Translations under genes and position numbers: made by a program
The notes under the pieces: generated by a model
What the model saw: only the letters and a program-made list of their open reading frames with translations
What the model was told of the DNA's origin: nothing
Databases searched by the model: none
Assembly: GCA_965234585.1 (NCBI GenBank)
Contig: OZ248423.1
Location: forward strand, 1,073,884 to 1,105,883
Reading direction: 5' to 3'
Source: Burkholderiaceae bacterium
Lineage (GTDB): Bacteria > Pseudomonadota > Gammaproteobacteria > Burkholderiales > Burkholderiaceae_C
Length of the DNA: 32,000 nucleotides
Shown here: positions 23,476-32,000 of the stretch, piece after piece
How the letters are laid out: every line of letters starts with the position of its first letter
How positions within the stretch are numbered: position 1 is the first letter of the stretch

Positions 23476-24944
23476 CAATCAGCCCGGTAGTTCGGTGCTT
23501 CTTTGGTGATTTGCACGTCGTGCACGTGGCTCTCGCGGATGCCGGCAGTGGTGATTTCGACGAACTCGGCCTGGTTGCGCATGTCTTCGATGGTGGCGCA
23601 GCCGCAGTAACCCATGCTGGCGCGCAGGCCGCCGGCCATTTGGAAGATGATGGACACGACCGAGCCTTTGTAGGGCACACGGCCTTCGATGCCTTCGGGC
23701 ACGAGCTTGTCGGCGTTGGGGTTGCCGGTGCTGCTTTCTTGGAAGTAGCGGTCAGCGCTGCCTTGCTGCATGGCGCCGATGGAACCCATGCCGCGGTAGC
23801 TCTTGTAGCTGCGGCCTTGGAACAAGATGACTTCGCCCGGCGCTTCTTCGGTGCCAGCGAACATACCGCCCATCATCACGGTGCTCGCGCCCGCAGCGAT
23901 GGCCTTGGCGATGTCACCGCTGTAGCGAATACCACCGTCGGCGATCAGGGGCACGCCGGTGCCCTTGAGCGCCGTGGCCACGTTGTCCACGGCCATGATT
24001 TGTGGCACGCCCACGCCGGCCACGATACGGGTGGTGCAAATCGAGCCGGGGCCAATACCAACCTTTACGCCGTCGGCACCGGCTTCGACCAAGGCCAAAG
24101 CCGCCGCGCCAGTGGCGATGTTGCCGCCGATCACTTCAATGTGTGGGTAGTTTTGCTTGACCCAACGCACGCGGTCGATGACACCTTTGCTGTGGCCGTG
24201 CGCGGTGTCGACCACGATGGCGTCCACACCGGCGCGGGCCAGCGCTTCCACGCGCTCTTCGGTGCCCTCACCCACGCCCACGGCCGCGCCCACGCGCAGC
24301 TTGCCAGCGGCGTCGCGCGCGGCGTTGGGGAAGTTGAGTTGTTTGGTGATGTCTTTGACGGTGATCAGGCCCTTGAGCTCAAAGGCTTCGTTGATCACGA
24401 GCAATCGCTCAAGTTTGTGTTTGTTGAGCAGGTGCTTGGCTTGCTCGGGCGTGGTGCCTTCGGGCACGGTGATCAAGCGATCACGCGGGGTCATGATTTC
24501 GCTGACTTTTTGGTCGTAGCGGGTCTCAAAGCGCAAATCGCGGCCCGTGACAATGCCCACCACTTGGCGGCCGTCGCAAACGGGAAAGCCCGACACACCC
24601 AGCTCCACGCTGAGGGCCATGACTTGGCGCACAGTGGTGTCCGGGGTGATGACCACCGGGTCGCGCAAGACGCCGGATTCGTAGCGCTTGACCTTGGCCA
24701 CGTGCGCGGCTTGTTCTTGCGGGGTGAGGTTTTTGTGCACGATGCCGATGCCGCCCTCTTGCGCGATGGCGATGGCCAAACGGGCTTCGGTCACGGTGTC
24801 CATGGCCGCGGCGACCAGGGGCAAATTCAATAGGATGTTGCGGGTGAACTGGGTGGCCAGCGAGGTGTCCTTGGGCAGGACTTGGGAGTATGCGGGGACC
24901 AACAAAACGTCGTCGAAGGTCAGTGCTTTGCCGAGAAGGCGCAT
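23475..24944 (-). CDS. guaB: IMP dehydrogenase
   Basis: 489 aa. [10 protein letters not shown]-terminus, CBS pair, catalytic loop [11 protein letters not shown]. Stop and start with guaA share 1 nt (TGATG). Confidence 0.97.
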   Translation of the reverse strand: MRLLGKALTFDDVLLVPAYSQVLPKDTSLATQFTRNILLNLPLVAAAMDTVTEARLAIAIAQEGGIGIVHKNLTPQEQAAHVAKVKRYESGVLRDPVVITPDTTVRQVMALSVELGVSGFPVCDGRQVVGIVTGRDLRFETRYDQKVSEIMTPRDRLITVPEGTTPEQAKHLLNKHKLERLLVINEAFELKGLITVKDITKQLNFPNAARDAAGKLRVGAAVGVGEGTEERVEALARAGVDAIVVDTAHGHSKGVIDRVRWVKQNYPHIEVIGGNIATGAAALALVEAGADGVKVGIGPGSICTTRIVAGVGVPQIMAVDNVATALKGTGVPLIADGGIRYSGDIAKAIAAGASTVMMGGMFAGTEEAPGEVILFQGRSYKSYRGMGSIGAMQQGSADRYFQESSTGNPNADKLVPEGIEGRVPYKGSVVSIIFQMAGGLRASMGYCGCATIEDMRNQAEFVEITTAGIRESHVHDVQITKEAPNYRAD

Positions 24945-24998
24945 AGGTAGAGCTCCAAAAACACGATTGTACCCGTGTCCAAGGGACCCTTTGTGGGC

Positions 24999-25337
24999 TC
25001 AAGGCCTGGGTTTTCGGCGTGAAAACAGGCCCGCGCCGCGCACGCCCTGCCCTTTGAAGCGCTCGCGCCGCGCCACCTTGGGGTCGACCGCCAAAGGCCG
25101 CAACCACTCGATGCGGTCACCCTCGCGCAGCACGGTCGCGCCGTCGACCTTGCGCCCCCAGATCGAGGCACTCCAAGGCTGGCCGTGCGCGGCGCTGGGG
25201 TGACTGTGAACCCATGGAGTGTGTGACCACGCTTGTTTCACGGTACATCCAGCGGGCAGGCTCAACGGATGCTCCCAGACGGTGCGCGGAGCTGGGGCCA
25301 AGACCGCCGTGACGGCGATGGACTCAGTCGCTGCCAT
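24999..25337 (-). CDS. rnfH: RnfH-family ubiquitin-like protein (UPF0125)
   Basis: ORF 24999-25406. The ATG at 25337 gives 112 aa. REGDRIEWLRPLAVDPKVARRERF matches the conserved RnfH C-terminus. Follows ratA, as in E. coli. Confidence 0.75.
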   Translation of the reverse strand: MAATESIAVTAVLAPAPRTVWEHPLSLPAGCTVKQAWSHTPWVHSHPSAAHGQPWSASIWGRKVDGATVLREGDRIEWLRPLAVDPKVARRERFKGQGVRGAGLFSRRKPRP

Positions 25338-25770
25338 AGACCTCGTCGGCGCGCTTGACAAACGCATCAACCAAACTGCCAGCGATGCGGTCAAACACCG
25401 GGCCAACCAAGGTCGCCAAGGTGGTGCTGGAGAAGCCGTAGCTCAAATCGAACTCGACCTTGCAAGCGCGCAGGCTGCCGTCGCCCAAGGGGGTGAAGCG
25501 CCACGTGCCTTCGAGTTGAGAAAAAGGTCCGTCGACCAAGGCCATGTGAACTTGGCGGTCGGTTTCGTGGGTGTTGCGGGTGGTGAAGCTTTGGCGCACG
25601 CCGGCCATGGACATGCCCACTTGCGCGACCATGCCGTCGTCCTTGTTCTCTAGCACTTGGCCGCTGGCGCACCAAGGCAAAAACTCGGGATAACGCGACA
25701 CGTCGGTCACCAATGCGAACATGTCGTGTGCACTGTGGCTGAGCAAAACGGTCTTATGGAGGGTTTTCAT
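25324..25770 (-). CDS. ratA: SRPBCC/START-fold protein RatA (ribosome-association toxin / CoQ-binding family)
   Basis: ORF 25324-25923. The ATG at 25770 gives 148 aa ([34 protein letters not shown]). Divergent from smpB, the conserved arrangement. Confidence 0.8.
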   Translation of the reverse strand: MKTLHKTVLLSHSAHDMFALVTDVSRYPEFLPWCASGQVLENKDDGMVAQVGMSMAGVRQSFTTRNTHETDRQVHMALVDGPFSQLEGTWRFTPLGDGSLRACKVEFDLSYGFSSTTLATLVGPVFDRIAGSLVDAFVKRADEVYGSD

Positions 25771-25843
25771 ACAATGTCGGGTTGCAGCGTGCAATCGCTG
25801 TCGTCTATTGTATTGGCCGTGCGCGGCCATGAACCGATTGCCC

Positions 25844-26338
25844 ATGGCCAACAAACCCGACAACACCGACAAAAAAAAGACCGTCGAGACTCGCATTGCC
25901 GACAACAAAAAAGCCCTCTTCAATTACCACATTGAAGAACGCTTTGAAGCTGGTATGGTGCTCGAAGGCTGGGAGGTTAAGTCTCTGCGCTTAGGTAAAG
26001 TGCAGCTGACCGATGGTTACGTGGTCATTCGAGGTGGCGAGTTGTTTTTGATCGGCTGCCAAATCAACCCCCTGCACACCGCCTCCACGCACGTCAACCC
26101 CGACAACGTGCGCACCAAAAAATTGCTGCTCAACAAGGAAGAGATTCGCCGTTTGATCGGCAAGGTCGAGCAAAAAGGTTTCACCTTGGTGCCTTTGAAC
26201 CTCCACTGGAAAAACGGCAAGGTCAAATGCGAGATGGCCTTGGCCAAAGGCAAGGCCGAGCACGACAAACGCGACACCATTAAGGATCGTGAAGGCAAGC
26301 GAGAAGTGCAGCGTGCTATGAAGCACCGCACACGCTAA
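25844..26338 (+). CDS. smpB: SsrA-binding protein SmpB
   Basis: ORF 25721-26338. The ATG at 25844 (alternative 25829) gives about 164 aa. [32 protein letters not shown] is canonical SmpB. Confidence 0.9.
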   Translation: MANKPDNTDKKKTVETRIADNKKALFNYHIEERFEAGMVLEGWEVKSLRLGKVQLTDGYVVIRGGELFLIGCQINPLHTASTHVNPDNVRTKKLLLNKEEIRRLIGKVEQKGFTLVPLNLHWKNGKVKCEMALAKGKAEHDKRDTIKDREGKREVQRAMKHRTR

Positions 26339-26352
26339 GACCGAACCGCATG

Positions 26353-26387
26353 AAAAAAGCCCCGAGTGTTTGGCACTCGGGGCTTTT
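26353..26387. terminator. Bidirectional rho-independent terminator (smpB / tRNA-Lys)
   Basis: AAAAAA, then GCCCCGAGTG-TTTGG-CACTCGGGGC (26359-26383), then TTTT. A-run and T-run flank a 10-bp GC-rich stem. Confidence 0.8.
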
Positions 26388-26397
26388 GGTGTGTGGG

Positions 26398-26473
26398 TGG
26401 TAGGACGTACTGGGGTCGAACCAGTGACAAACGGATTAAAAGTCCGCTGCTCTACCAACTGAGCTAACGTCCC
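26398..26473 (-). tRNA. tRNA-Lys (anticodon UUU)
   Basis: Minus-strand 76-mer GGGACGTTAGCTCAGTTGGTAGAGCAGCGGACTTTTAATCCGTTTGTCACTGGTTCGACCCCAGTACGTCCTACCA. 7-bp acceptor stem (one G-U), D and T arms fold, anticodon loop CTTTTAA, encoded CCA. Confidence 0.93.
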
Positions 26474-26516
26474 ACGCTCTTCGACAAAGCAGCAGTGCAG
26501 CTCTGCGAAGCCTCAA

Positions 26517-26546
26517 ATTATAGCGTCAAAATTTTGGCTTTTTCAA
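26517..26546 (-). promoter_or_regulatory. Possible promoter of tRNA-Lys
   Basis: On the minus strand: TTGAAA (26546-26541), 18-nt spacer, perfect TATAAT (26522-26517). About 40 nt upstream of the mature tRNA 5' end. Confidence 0.4.
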
Positions 26547-27361
26547 GGGCGGCGATTTTTTTGCAAAGTTTTTGGCGCCACAGATGCCGTGCCCTTGGCG
26601 CATGCGTTGAGCACCGCACCGGCTGCGGCCAAGCCAAAGGATGCGGTGACGCTGACGGCCGAACCATAACCGTGGCAATTCAAGCTGCCGTCGCCCTCCC
26701 CCACATCGCACGATGCATCGGGCGGCGCCACGGATTCGCGGCTAAACACGCAGGCCACGCCCATGTGTCCGGAGCGGGCCGCGCCGTGCATTTTGCGCAG
26801 CCGGTAGCGCACGTTGGCCAGCAGTGGGTCGTGGGTGGTGTCGGCCAAGTCGGCCAAGTCCACGGCGTGGGCCAAGCGTTTGCCGCCGGCCGCACCCACC
26901 GTGACAAAAGGCACTGACGCCGTCAGAGCCCAAGCCGCCATTGCGGTCTTGGCGCGCACTTGATCACAAGCGTCAATCAGGGCAAAGCCCTGATTGCTGG
27001 GCTCAATTTGCTGCACGAGCGTGGGCCAATTCTCGGGGGTGACGAAGTCGTCGATCAACTCCACTTGGCAGCCGGGGTGGTAAGCGTGAATTCGGTCGCG
27101 CATGGCCAAGCCTTTGCTTTGTCCTATGGTGTGGCTCAAGGCGTGGATTTGGCGGTTGATGTTGGACTCACCCACGTGGTCCATGTCAATGAGGGTCAAG
27201 CGGGCCACGCCGCTGCGGGCCAGGGCTTCACAGGTCCAGGACCCCACACCGCCGATGCCCACCACGACCACGTGGGCCTCAAACAGGCGCTGAGCACCTT
27301 GCACACCATAGAGCCGGCGCAGACCACCAAAGCGCCGCTCGAATTCAGCGGTATCGATCAC
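26543..27361 (-). CDS. tcdA: tRNA threonylcarbamoyladenosine dehydratase (ThiF/E1-like)
   Basis: ORF 26543-27607 overlaps cpoB for 250 nt. The GTG at 27361 forms a GTGA overlap with the cpoB stop and gives 272 aa. Rossmann motif VVVVGIGGVGSW, DMDHVGESNINRQ. Confidence 0.8.
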   Translation of the reverse strand: MIDTAEFERRFGGLRRLYGVQGAQRLFEAHVVVVGIGGVGSWTCEALARSGVARLTLIDMDHVGESNINRQIHALSHTIGQSKGLAMRDRIHAYHPGCQVELIDDFVTPENWPTLVQQIEPSNQGFALIDACDQVRAKTAMAAWALTASVPFVTVGAAGGKRLAHAVDLADLADTTHDPLLANVRYRLRKMHGAARSGHMGVACVFSRESVAPPDASCDVGEGDGSLNCHGYGSAVSVTASFGLAAAGAVLNACAKGTASVAPKTLQKNRRP

Positions 27362-28209
27362 TGCCGCGGCAAGGTTTTGAGACGTTCGCGCGCCGTGGTG
27401 GCGGCTTCGGTTTTGGGGTGGTTGGCAATCAGGCTGTCCCATTCGGAGCGGGCCGATTTGGGATCGCCCAACTCTGCATGGGCATTGCCGATGGACAACA
27501 TGGCCTCCGCTACCCGCGAGTGTCTGGGGTACTGAACCACCAAGCGTTTGTGGGTATTGATAGACCCTTTGATGTCTTGGCTGGCGTACTGGGCATTGCC
27601 AAGCCAATAAAGCACCGAGGCGGTATAAGCGCTGTTGGGGTATTGATTCAACAGTTGAACATACGCCGCTGCGGCTTGGGTGAAATCCGATGCCAACAAC
27701 AAAGACATAGCACGGTCAAAGGCAGCTTTTTCTGGTGGCGAAACCAAGAGCGTGTAGCCGTCTTGTTCGATCGACAACGGCTCGAAGGTTTTGAGGCGAG
27801 CAGTCATGGCTGTCAAGGCCTCTTGCAAACGCTTGTTTTCTTGTTCCAGCTTTTCCTGTTCACCTCTCAAGACGCCCAACTCTTGGCGCCATCTTTCGGC
27901 TTGAGTGCTGACATCCAAAATTGACCTGCGCATCACAGCTGCGCCTTCTGAGTTAATACGACGTTGATCTTCAAACACCTGTTGTAATGCTTGGATCTCT
28001 TTGCGTGTATCGGTAATTTCTTTGCGTGTATCGGTAATCTCTTTGCGTGCATCGGTGAGCTCTTTGCGTGCATCGGTGAGCTCAATGCGAAGCTGAATGA
28101 TCGCCTTGCGAGCCTCGTCGTCACCAAACAAGGCCCACGCTGGGTTACCCAGCGTGAGAGCCATGGTGAGCAACGCAAATGCGCGGAGCTTGTGCGCAGA
28201 TTGGAGCAT
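27358..28209 (-). CDS. cpoB: Tol-Pal system protein CpoB (YbgF)
   Basis: 283 aa. Signal peptide (ALTLGNPAWA), coiled-coil region, C-terminal TPR-like repeats (YWLGNAQYASQD, LSIGNAHAELGD). Follows pal. Confidence 0.88.
   Translation of the reverse strand: MLQSAHKLRAFALLTMALTLGNPAWALFGDDEARKAIIQLRIELTDARKELTDARKEITDTRKEITDTRKEIQALQQVFEDQRRINSEGAAVMRRSILDVSTQAERWRQELGVLRGEQEKLEQENKRLQEALTAMTARLKTFEPLSIEQDGYTLLVSPPEKAAFDRAMSLLLASDFTQAAAAYVQLLNQYPNSAYTASVLYWLGNAQYASQDIKGSINTHKRLVVQYPRHSRVAEAMLSIGNAHAELGDPKSARSEWDSLIANHPKTEAATTARERLKTLPRQ
27998..28081 (-). repeat. 4 x 21-bp in-frame tandem repeat inside cpoB
   Basis: Plus-strand units are TCTTTGCGTGTATCGGTAATT, TCTTTGCGTGTATCGGTAATC and TCTTTGCGTGCATCGGTGAGC (the last twice). 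They encode ELTDARK-ELTDARK-EITDTRK-EITDTRK. Confidence 0.95.
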
Positions 28210-28835
28210 CAGCGGCTCAGCTCGACCCGGCGGTTGGCCGCATGGGCTGTTTCGTCAGCGCCAGCCGAAGCCAACTTTTCTTTGCCATAGCTCACCGCTT
28301 CCATTTGTGACTCGCTCACACCCAAGACAGCCAGGGAGCGGCGCACGGCTTCGGCACGCTGTTGACCCAAGGCCAAGTTGTATTCGCTGCCACCACGTTC
28401 GTCGGTGTGGCCTTCGAGTTTGACGCGACGGGTGCGATCGCCCTGCAGGTACTTGGCTTTGGCTTCCAGACCACCATTGAATTCGCTGCGCACTTGGGCG
28501 CTGTCAAAGTCAAAATAAACCACCTTGATCAAGGCGTTGTAAGCGGCTTCGTCAATGGCGCTGGAGCTGAGGTTGGCAGAGCCAGCCGCACCAGAGGTGG
28601 CGCCAGCAGCAGCACCAGAGGTGGCGCCAGCAGCAGCACCAGAGGTGGCGCCAGCAGCAGCACCAGAGGTGGCGCCGGCAGCGGCACCACCGGTGCGGTT
28701 GTCAACGGGTGCACCAGCCGCCGTATTCAGATCCACGGATGAACCACATGCAGCCAGCAACAAAGCCGCCATGAGCACGGACACACGAGTAGCCGAACGT
28801 TGAGTGAAAGAACGTTGTGATGCTGAAAAGCGCAT
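28209..28835 (-). CDS. pal: Peptidoglycan-associated lipoprotein Pal (OmpA-like)
   Basis: ORF 28209-28931. AAGGAG RBS supports the ATG at 28835 (208 aa). Lipobox LLLAACGSS. OmpA-like C-terminus (VYFDFDSAQV, LEGHTDERGGSEYNLALGQQRA, NRRVEL). Confidence 0.92.
   Translation of the reverse strand: MRFSASQRSFTQRSATRVSVLMAALLLAACGSSVDLNTAAGAPVDNRTGGAAAGATSGAAAGATSGAAAGATSGAAAGATSGAAGSANLSSSAIDEAAYNALIKVVYFDFDSAQVRSEFNGGLEAKAKYLQGDRTRRVKLEGHTDERGGSEYNLALGQQRAEAVRRSLAVLGVSESQMEAVSYGKEKLASAGADETAHAANRRVELSR
28589..28684 (-). repeat. 4 x 24-bp in-frame tandem repeat inside pal
   Basis: CACCAGAGGTGGCGCCAGCAGCAG occurs three times perfectly (28589-28660), plus one copy with 2 mismatches (28661-28684). 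Encodes (GAAAGATS)x4 in the linker after the lipobox. Confidence 0.95.
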
Positions 28836-28854
28836 GGTTATCTCCTTAAAAAAA

Positions 28855-30189
28855 TTATCGCAACAAGGGGCCCCAATGGGGCTCCCTGACTTCACCAGGG
28901 GCAGTGACCAAACGGGTTTTAACCCGACCATCCACCGTGGTTGTCATCAATGACTCACGGCCTTGGAATTTGGTTCCATAGACCAGCATTCGGCTGTTGG
29001 CCGAGAAGCTGGGATTTTCGTCGTCGTTGGTGTCGCTGACTGCAGACACCGCGCCGCTTTGCAAATCCATGACGTGCACACGGTAGGTGCCCCCACCGAG
29101 ACGAGAGACGTAGGCCAACCACTTGCCATCAGGGCTTGGGGCGGGCGAAATGTTGTAGCTGCCTTGAAACGTGACCCGCTGAGCGGCGCCACCGTTGGCG
29201 TCCATTTTATAAATTTGCGGTGAACCGCCGCGGTCGCTGACAAAGTAAATGGTGCGGCCATCGGGGCTGTAGACGCCCTCGGTGTCGATGCCGTTGGATT
29301 GCGTCAAGCGCTTGGGGCTGCCGCCTTGCGGGTTGATTTCGTAGAGTTGCGACGAACCCGACAGGGTCAAAGTCACCAACAATCGACTGCCATCGGGAGA
29401 CCAAGCCGGCGCACTGTTCGAGCCGCGCTGGTTGGATGCCAAGCGGCGAACGCCCGTGGCCACCTCATGGGTATAGACGATGGGTTTTTTTTGCTCAAAC
29501 GACACATAAGCCAAGCGAGCTCCGTCGGCCGACCAGTTCGGTGAAATGATCGGCTCGGTGCTGCTGAGCACCGACTTGGGGTTTTGACCATCGGCGTCGG
29601 CCAGCCACAAATGGTGTCGCCCGCCAGAACGTGTGGTGTAGGCAATGCGCGTGGAAAACACGCCGGGCGCGCCGGTCATTTTTTGGAAAATATCGTCTGC
29701 GATGCGGTGGGCCGCTGCACGCAAGTCTTGTGTGGCGACTGGGTAGCTCACCCCGCCCAAGCTCTTGTTTCCCAACACGTCCCACAAGCGATAGCGCACG
29801 TCCCAGCTTTGCCCTGCCATGGGGTTGACACTGCCCACCACCACCACGTCCACACCGCGGCTGCGCCACGGGCTCAAATCGGGTTGGCTGGTCTCGTCCC
29901 ACGCGCCGTGCGGCAGACCCACGTGCAAGAACTGACCGCTGCGCTCAAGATCCGCACGAACGATAGCCGCGATGTCTTGCGGCACGCCCGGGCTGGCGCG
30001 AAAAACGATGGCGGAAAACGGGTGTTGGGTCAGGCCGACACCGGCAACCTCCACCCGAAATTGGGCTTGTGCCCAATAGGGGGTCAACAAACCCAGTGCG
30101 CTCAGTCGAGCGGCATTCAAAAGGGTGTTTCTGCGGGCTATGCTGTGTGTGTTCAAAGCAATGTCGTTGGATTCATGGGACAAGCCCAA
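28855..30189 (-). CDS. tolB: Tol-Pal system beta-propeller protein TolB
   Basis: 444-aa ORF. TolB N-domain plus beta-propeller repeats (SPAWSPDG, YSPDG, SPAPSPDG). Start is uncertain: no in-frame ATG near the N-terminus, only TTG at 30189 or 30156. Confidence 0.88.
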   Translation of the reverse strand: MGLSHESNDIALNTHSIARRNTLLNAARLSALGLLTPYWAQAQFRVEVAGVGLTQHPFSAIVFRASPGVPQDIAAIVRADLERSGQFLHVGLPHGAWDETSQPDLSPWRSRGVDVVVVGSVNPMAGQSWDVRYRLWDVLGNKSLGGVSYPVATQDLRAAAHRIADDIFQKMTGAPGVFSTRIAYTTRSGGRHHLWLADADGQNPKSVLSSTEPIISPNWSADGARLAYVSFEQKKPIVYTHEVATGVRRLASNQRGSNSAPAWSPDGSRLLVTLTLSGSSQLYEINPQGGSPKRLTQSNGIDTEGVYSPDGRTIYFVSDRGGSPQIYKMDANGGAAQRVTFQGSYNISPAPSPDGKWLAYVSRLGGGTYRVHVMDLQSGAVSAVSDTNDDENPSFSANSRMLVYGTKFQGRESLMTTTVDGRVKTRLVTAPGEVREPHWGPLLR

Positions 30190-30256
30190 AGGATGGATCG
30201 GTGCATTGTCAATCTAACATGTTACCCCAGTGTGACGAGACCTGTTGAGAGGGATC

Positions 30257-31750
30257 TCACAACAGCACAATATCGTATTGAGCTTGAGTCATGGCGCTTT
30301 CACTTTGCAATGAAATGGGTTTGCCGATGAAGTCGGACAAACCGGCCAAATGTTGACTTTCTTCATCCAAGAATAGTTCCACGACCTTCGGCGAGGCGAC
30401 GATGCGAAACTCGCGCGGGTTGAACGATCGGGCCTCGCGCAAGATCTCGCGCAAGATGTCGTAACACACGCTGCGCGGTGTTTTTAAAGCGCCCTTGCCT
30501 TCGCACGCTGGGCAGCTTTCGCTGAGCATGTGCGCCAAGGACTCGCGGGTGCGTTTGCGCGTCATCTCCAGCAAGCCCAGTTGCGAAAACCCACCAACCA
30601 TGGTTTTGACGCGGTCTTTGGCCACTTGCTTGCGAAACTCACCCAGCACCGATTCGCGGTGGCCGTCTTTGCTCATGTCGATGAAGTCCACGATCACGAT
30701 GCCGCCCAAATTGCGCAAGCGCAATTGACGCGCAATGGCTTGGGCCGCTTCTAAATTGGTTTTGAAGATGGTGTCGTCGAAGTTACGCGCACCCACATAA
30801 CCACCGGTGTTTACGTCCACCGTGGTCATGGCCTCGGTTTGGTCGATGACCAAATAACCGCCCGACTTCAGATCCACGCGACGCCCCAAAGCGCGTGTGA
30901 TCTCTTCGTCCACATTGAAGAGGTCAAAGATGGGTCTTTCACCGGTGTAGTGCTGAATCTTCTCCAGCGTGGCGGTCATGAACTCTTTGGCGAACTGCTG
31001 CAAGAGCGCGGTCTGCTCTTTGGAGTCCACGCGGATGCTTTGGGTTTGCACGTCGACCAAATCTCGCAAGACGCGCTGCAAGAGGTTGAGGTCTTCGTGC
31101 AGCAAGCTCAGTGGCGGGCGGGTACTGGCGGCGGTTTTGATGCGTTGCCAAGTCTTGCGCAAGTAAGCGATGTCCTCGGCCAAGTCCTCGTCGGTGGCGT
31201 CTTCGGCGTTGGTGCGCAAAATAAAGCCGCCGTTGGACTCGGTCAACGTGACCAAGCGCTGACGCAAGGCCTCGCGCTGAGCGGGCGGTATTTTTTGAGA
31301 TACGCCGATATGCTGGTCTTGCGGCAGGTACACCAGCAAACGACCGGCGATGCTGATTTGAGAGGTCAGCCGCGCGCCTTTGGTGCCGATCGGGTCTTTG
31401 AGGACCTGCACCAAAATCGATTGGCCATCAAAGATTTGCTTTTCGATAGCCAAGGCCGGATCGCTGGTGTCTGAACTGGGCTCACCAAGTTCGGGTTTGA
31501 CCTTGGCGTGTTTGGCGGCGATGCTGGGCAACAAATCGGCCACGTGCAAAAACGCCGCTCGGTCCAAGCCGATGTCGATGAAGGCCGACTGCATGCCGGG
31601 CAAAACCCGCGAGACTTTGCCCAAGTACACATTGCCCACCAAGCCACGCTCGAGCGTGCGTTCTTGGTGCACCTCTTGCACCACGCCCTGCTCGATCACG
31701 GCCACCCGCGTTTCTTGCGGTGACCAGTTGATCAAAATGTCTTGTCCCAT
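30257..31750 (-). CDS. rng: Ribonuclease G (RNase E/G family)
   Basis: 497 aa. S1 domain (GNVYLGKVSRVLPGMQSAFIDIG), catalytic core DVNTG, Zn-link CPxC (CPACEGKG). RNase G size, and maf-rng synteny. Confidence 0.92.
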   Translation of the reverse strand: MGQDILINWSPQETRVAVIEQGVVQEVHQERTLERGLVGNVYLGKVSRVLPGMQSAFIDIGLDRAAFLHVADLLPSIAAKHAKVKPELGEPSSDTSDPALAIEKQIFDGQSILVQVLKDPIGTKGARLTSQISIAGRLLVYLPQDQHIGVSQKIPPAQREALRQRLVTLTESNGGFILRTNAEDATDEDLAEDIAYLRKTWQRIKTAASTRPPLSLLHEDLNLLQRVLRDLVDVQTQSIRVDSKEQTALLQQFAKEFMTATLEKIQHYTGERPIFDLFNVDEEITRALGRRVDLKSGGYLVIDQTEAMTTVDVNTGGYVGARNFDDTIFKTNLEAAQAIARQLRLRNLGGIVIVDFIDMSKDGHRESVLGEFRKQVAKDRVKTMVGGFSQLGLLEMTRKRTRESLAHMLSESCPACEGKGALKTPRSVCYDILREILREARSFNPREFRIVASPKVVELFLDEESQHLAGLSDFIGKPISLQSESAMTQAQYDIVLL

Positions 31751-31761
31751 GGCGGTGTTCC

Positions 31762-32000
31762 TCAGTACAGTGCTTGGCCAGCTCGGGCCATGAGCTGCGC
31801 GGTCTCATGTGCCGGCAGCCCCATGATGCCCGAATAACTGCCTTCAATCGATTCGATCCACAGCGAGGCCCGGCCTTGGATGGCGTAAGCCCCGGCTTTG
31901 CCCATGGGCTCTTCGCTGACCACGTAGGCTGCGATTTGCGCATCGCTGAGTTTGGCGAACTTCACGCGCGAGACGCTCAAAGCCACGCGAGCCGTGGCAG
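31762..32000 (-). CDS. maf: Maf-like nucleoside triphosphate pyrophosphatase (C-terminal part, gene runs off the window)
   Basis: C-terminal sequence [34 protein letters not shown] is typical of Maf. The reading frame stays open to nt 32000. Confidence 0.8.
   Translation of the reverse strand, partial: ATARVALSVSRVKFAKLSDAQIAAYVVSEEPMGKAGAYAIQGRASLWIESIEGSYSGIMGLPAHETAQLMARAGQALY

Noticed and set aside
24999-25770. ratA-rnfH as an accessory toxin-antitoxin or defence module
   Set aside because: It has host-like GC and the conserved housekeeping synteny divergent from smpB. Nothing suggests mobility or novelty.
26398-26473. tRNA-Lys as a possible island integration site
   Set aside because: I found no duplicate of the tRNA 3' half nearby. 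The flanks are high-GC core genes (smpB, tcdA) and there is no integrase.
27362-27607. N-terminal 82-aa extension of the tcdA ORF overlapping the 3' end of cpoB
   Set aside because: The extension is Arg/Pro/Gln-rich and overlaps the TPR region of cpoB. A GTG at 27361, forming a GTGA junction, gives a TcdA of normal length.
27998-28684. Regularly spaced short repeats that could be mistaken for a CRISPR-like array
   Set aside because: The units are directly tandem (21 and 24 bp) with no spacers. They are in frame inside cpoB and pal, and no cas genes are present.

Overview
This 32-kb window comes from a high-GC Gram-negative chromosome. Sampled 60-nt lines in the flanks are 60-72% G+C. Gene order and protein sequences look betaproteobacterial, Comamonadaceae-like, but that taxon call is inference. 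The left flank (1-12936) carries mltG-tmk-holB-ycfH, tctBA, an aotJQMOP-type basic-amino-acid ABC operon, ldcA, a tadA fusion, a paiB-like gene and a VOC gene. The right flank (21865-32000) carries guaB-guaA, rnfH-ratA divergent from smpB, tRNA-Lys(UUU), tcdA, tolB-pal-cpoB, rng and a partial maf. Between them, 12977-21864 is about 8.9 kb of low-GC foreign DNA integrated into the 3' end of guaA. It is bounded and subdivided by three copies of the last 18 nt of guaA, and each copy still reads x-I-(E/K)-W-E-stop. This indicates a tandem array: a 0.6-kb integrase-less remnant or miniature element, plus an 8.2-kb element with a tyrosine integrase next to guaA. The 8.2-kb element carries: (i) a very AT-rich, ATGA-coupled trio of a NeuC-like hydrolysing 2-epimerase, an Fmt-like formyltransferase and a PIG-L deacetylase, with no synthase, activating enzyme or glycosyltransferase partner; (ii) a truncated H-NS-like gene coupled to a 271-aa protein I cannot place; (iii) a 191-aa catalytic-domain-only tyrosine recombinase; (iv) a 0.5-kb ORF-free, GT-skewed repeat region; (v) a 174-aa protein with HUH-endonuclease-like motifs; (vi) two small hypotheticals. 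The best candidates for an undescribed system are the orphan sugar-editing cassette and the H-NS-like/271-aa pair, together with the second recombinase, the HUH protein and the repeat region. I cannot decide between them from sequence alone. I saw no CRISPR array, rRNA or IS transposase. Many long ORFs in the track are antisense or out-of-frame shadows typical of high-GC DNA and are not reported as genes. Several start codons were re-chosen from RBS, overlap and homology logic and remain approximate.
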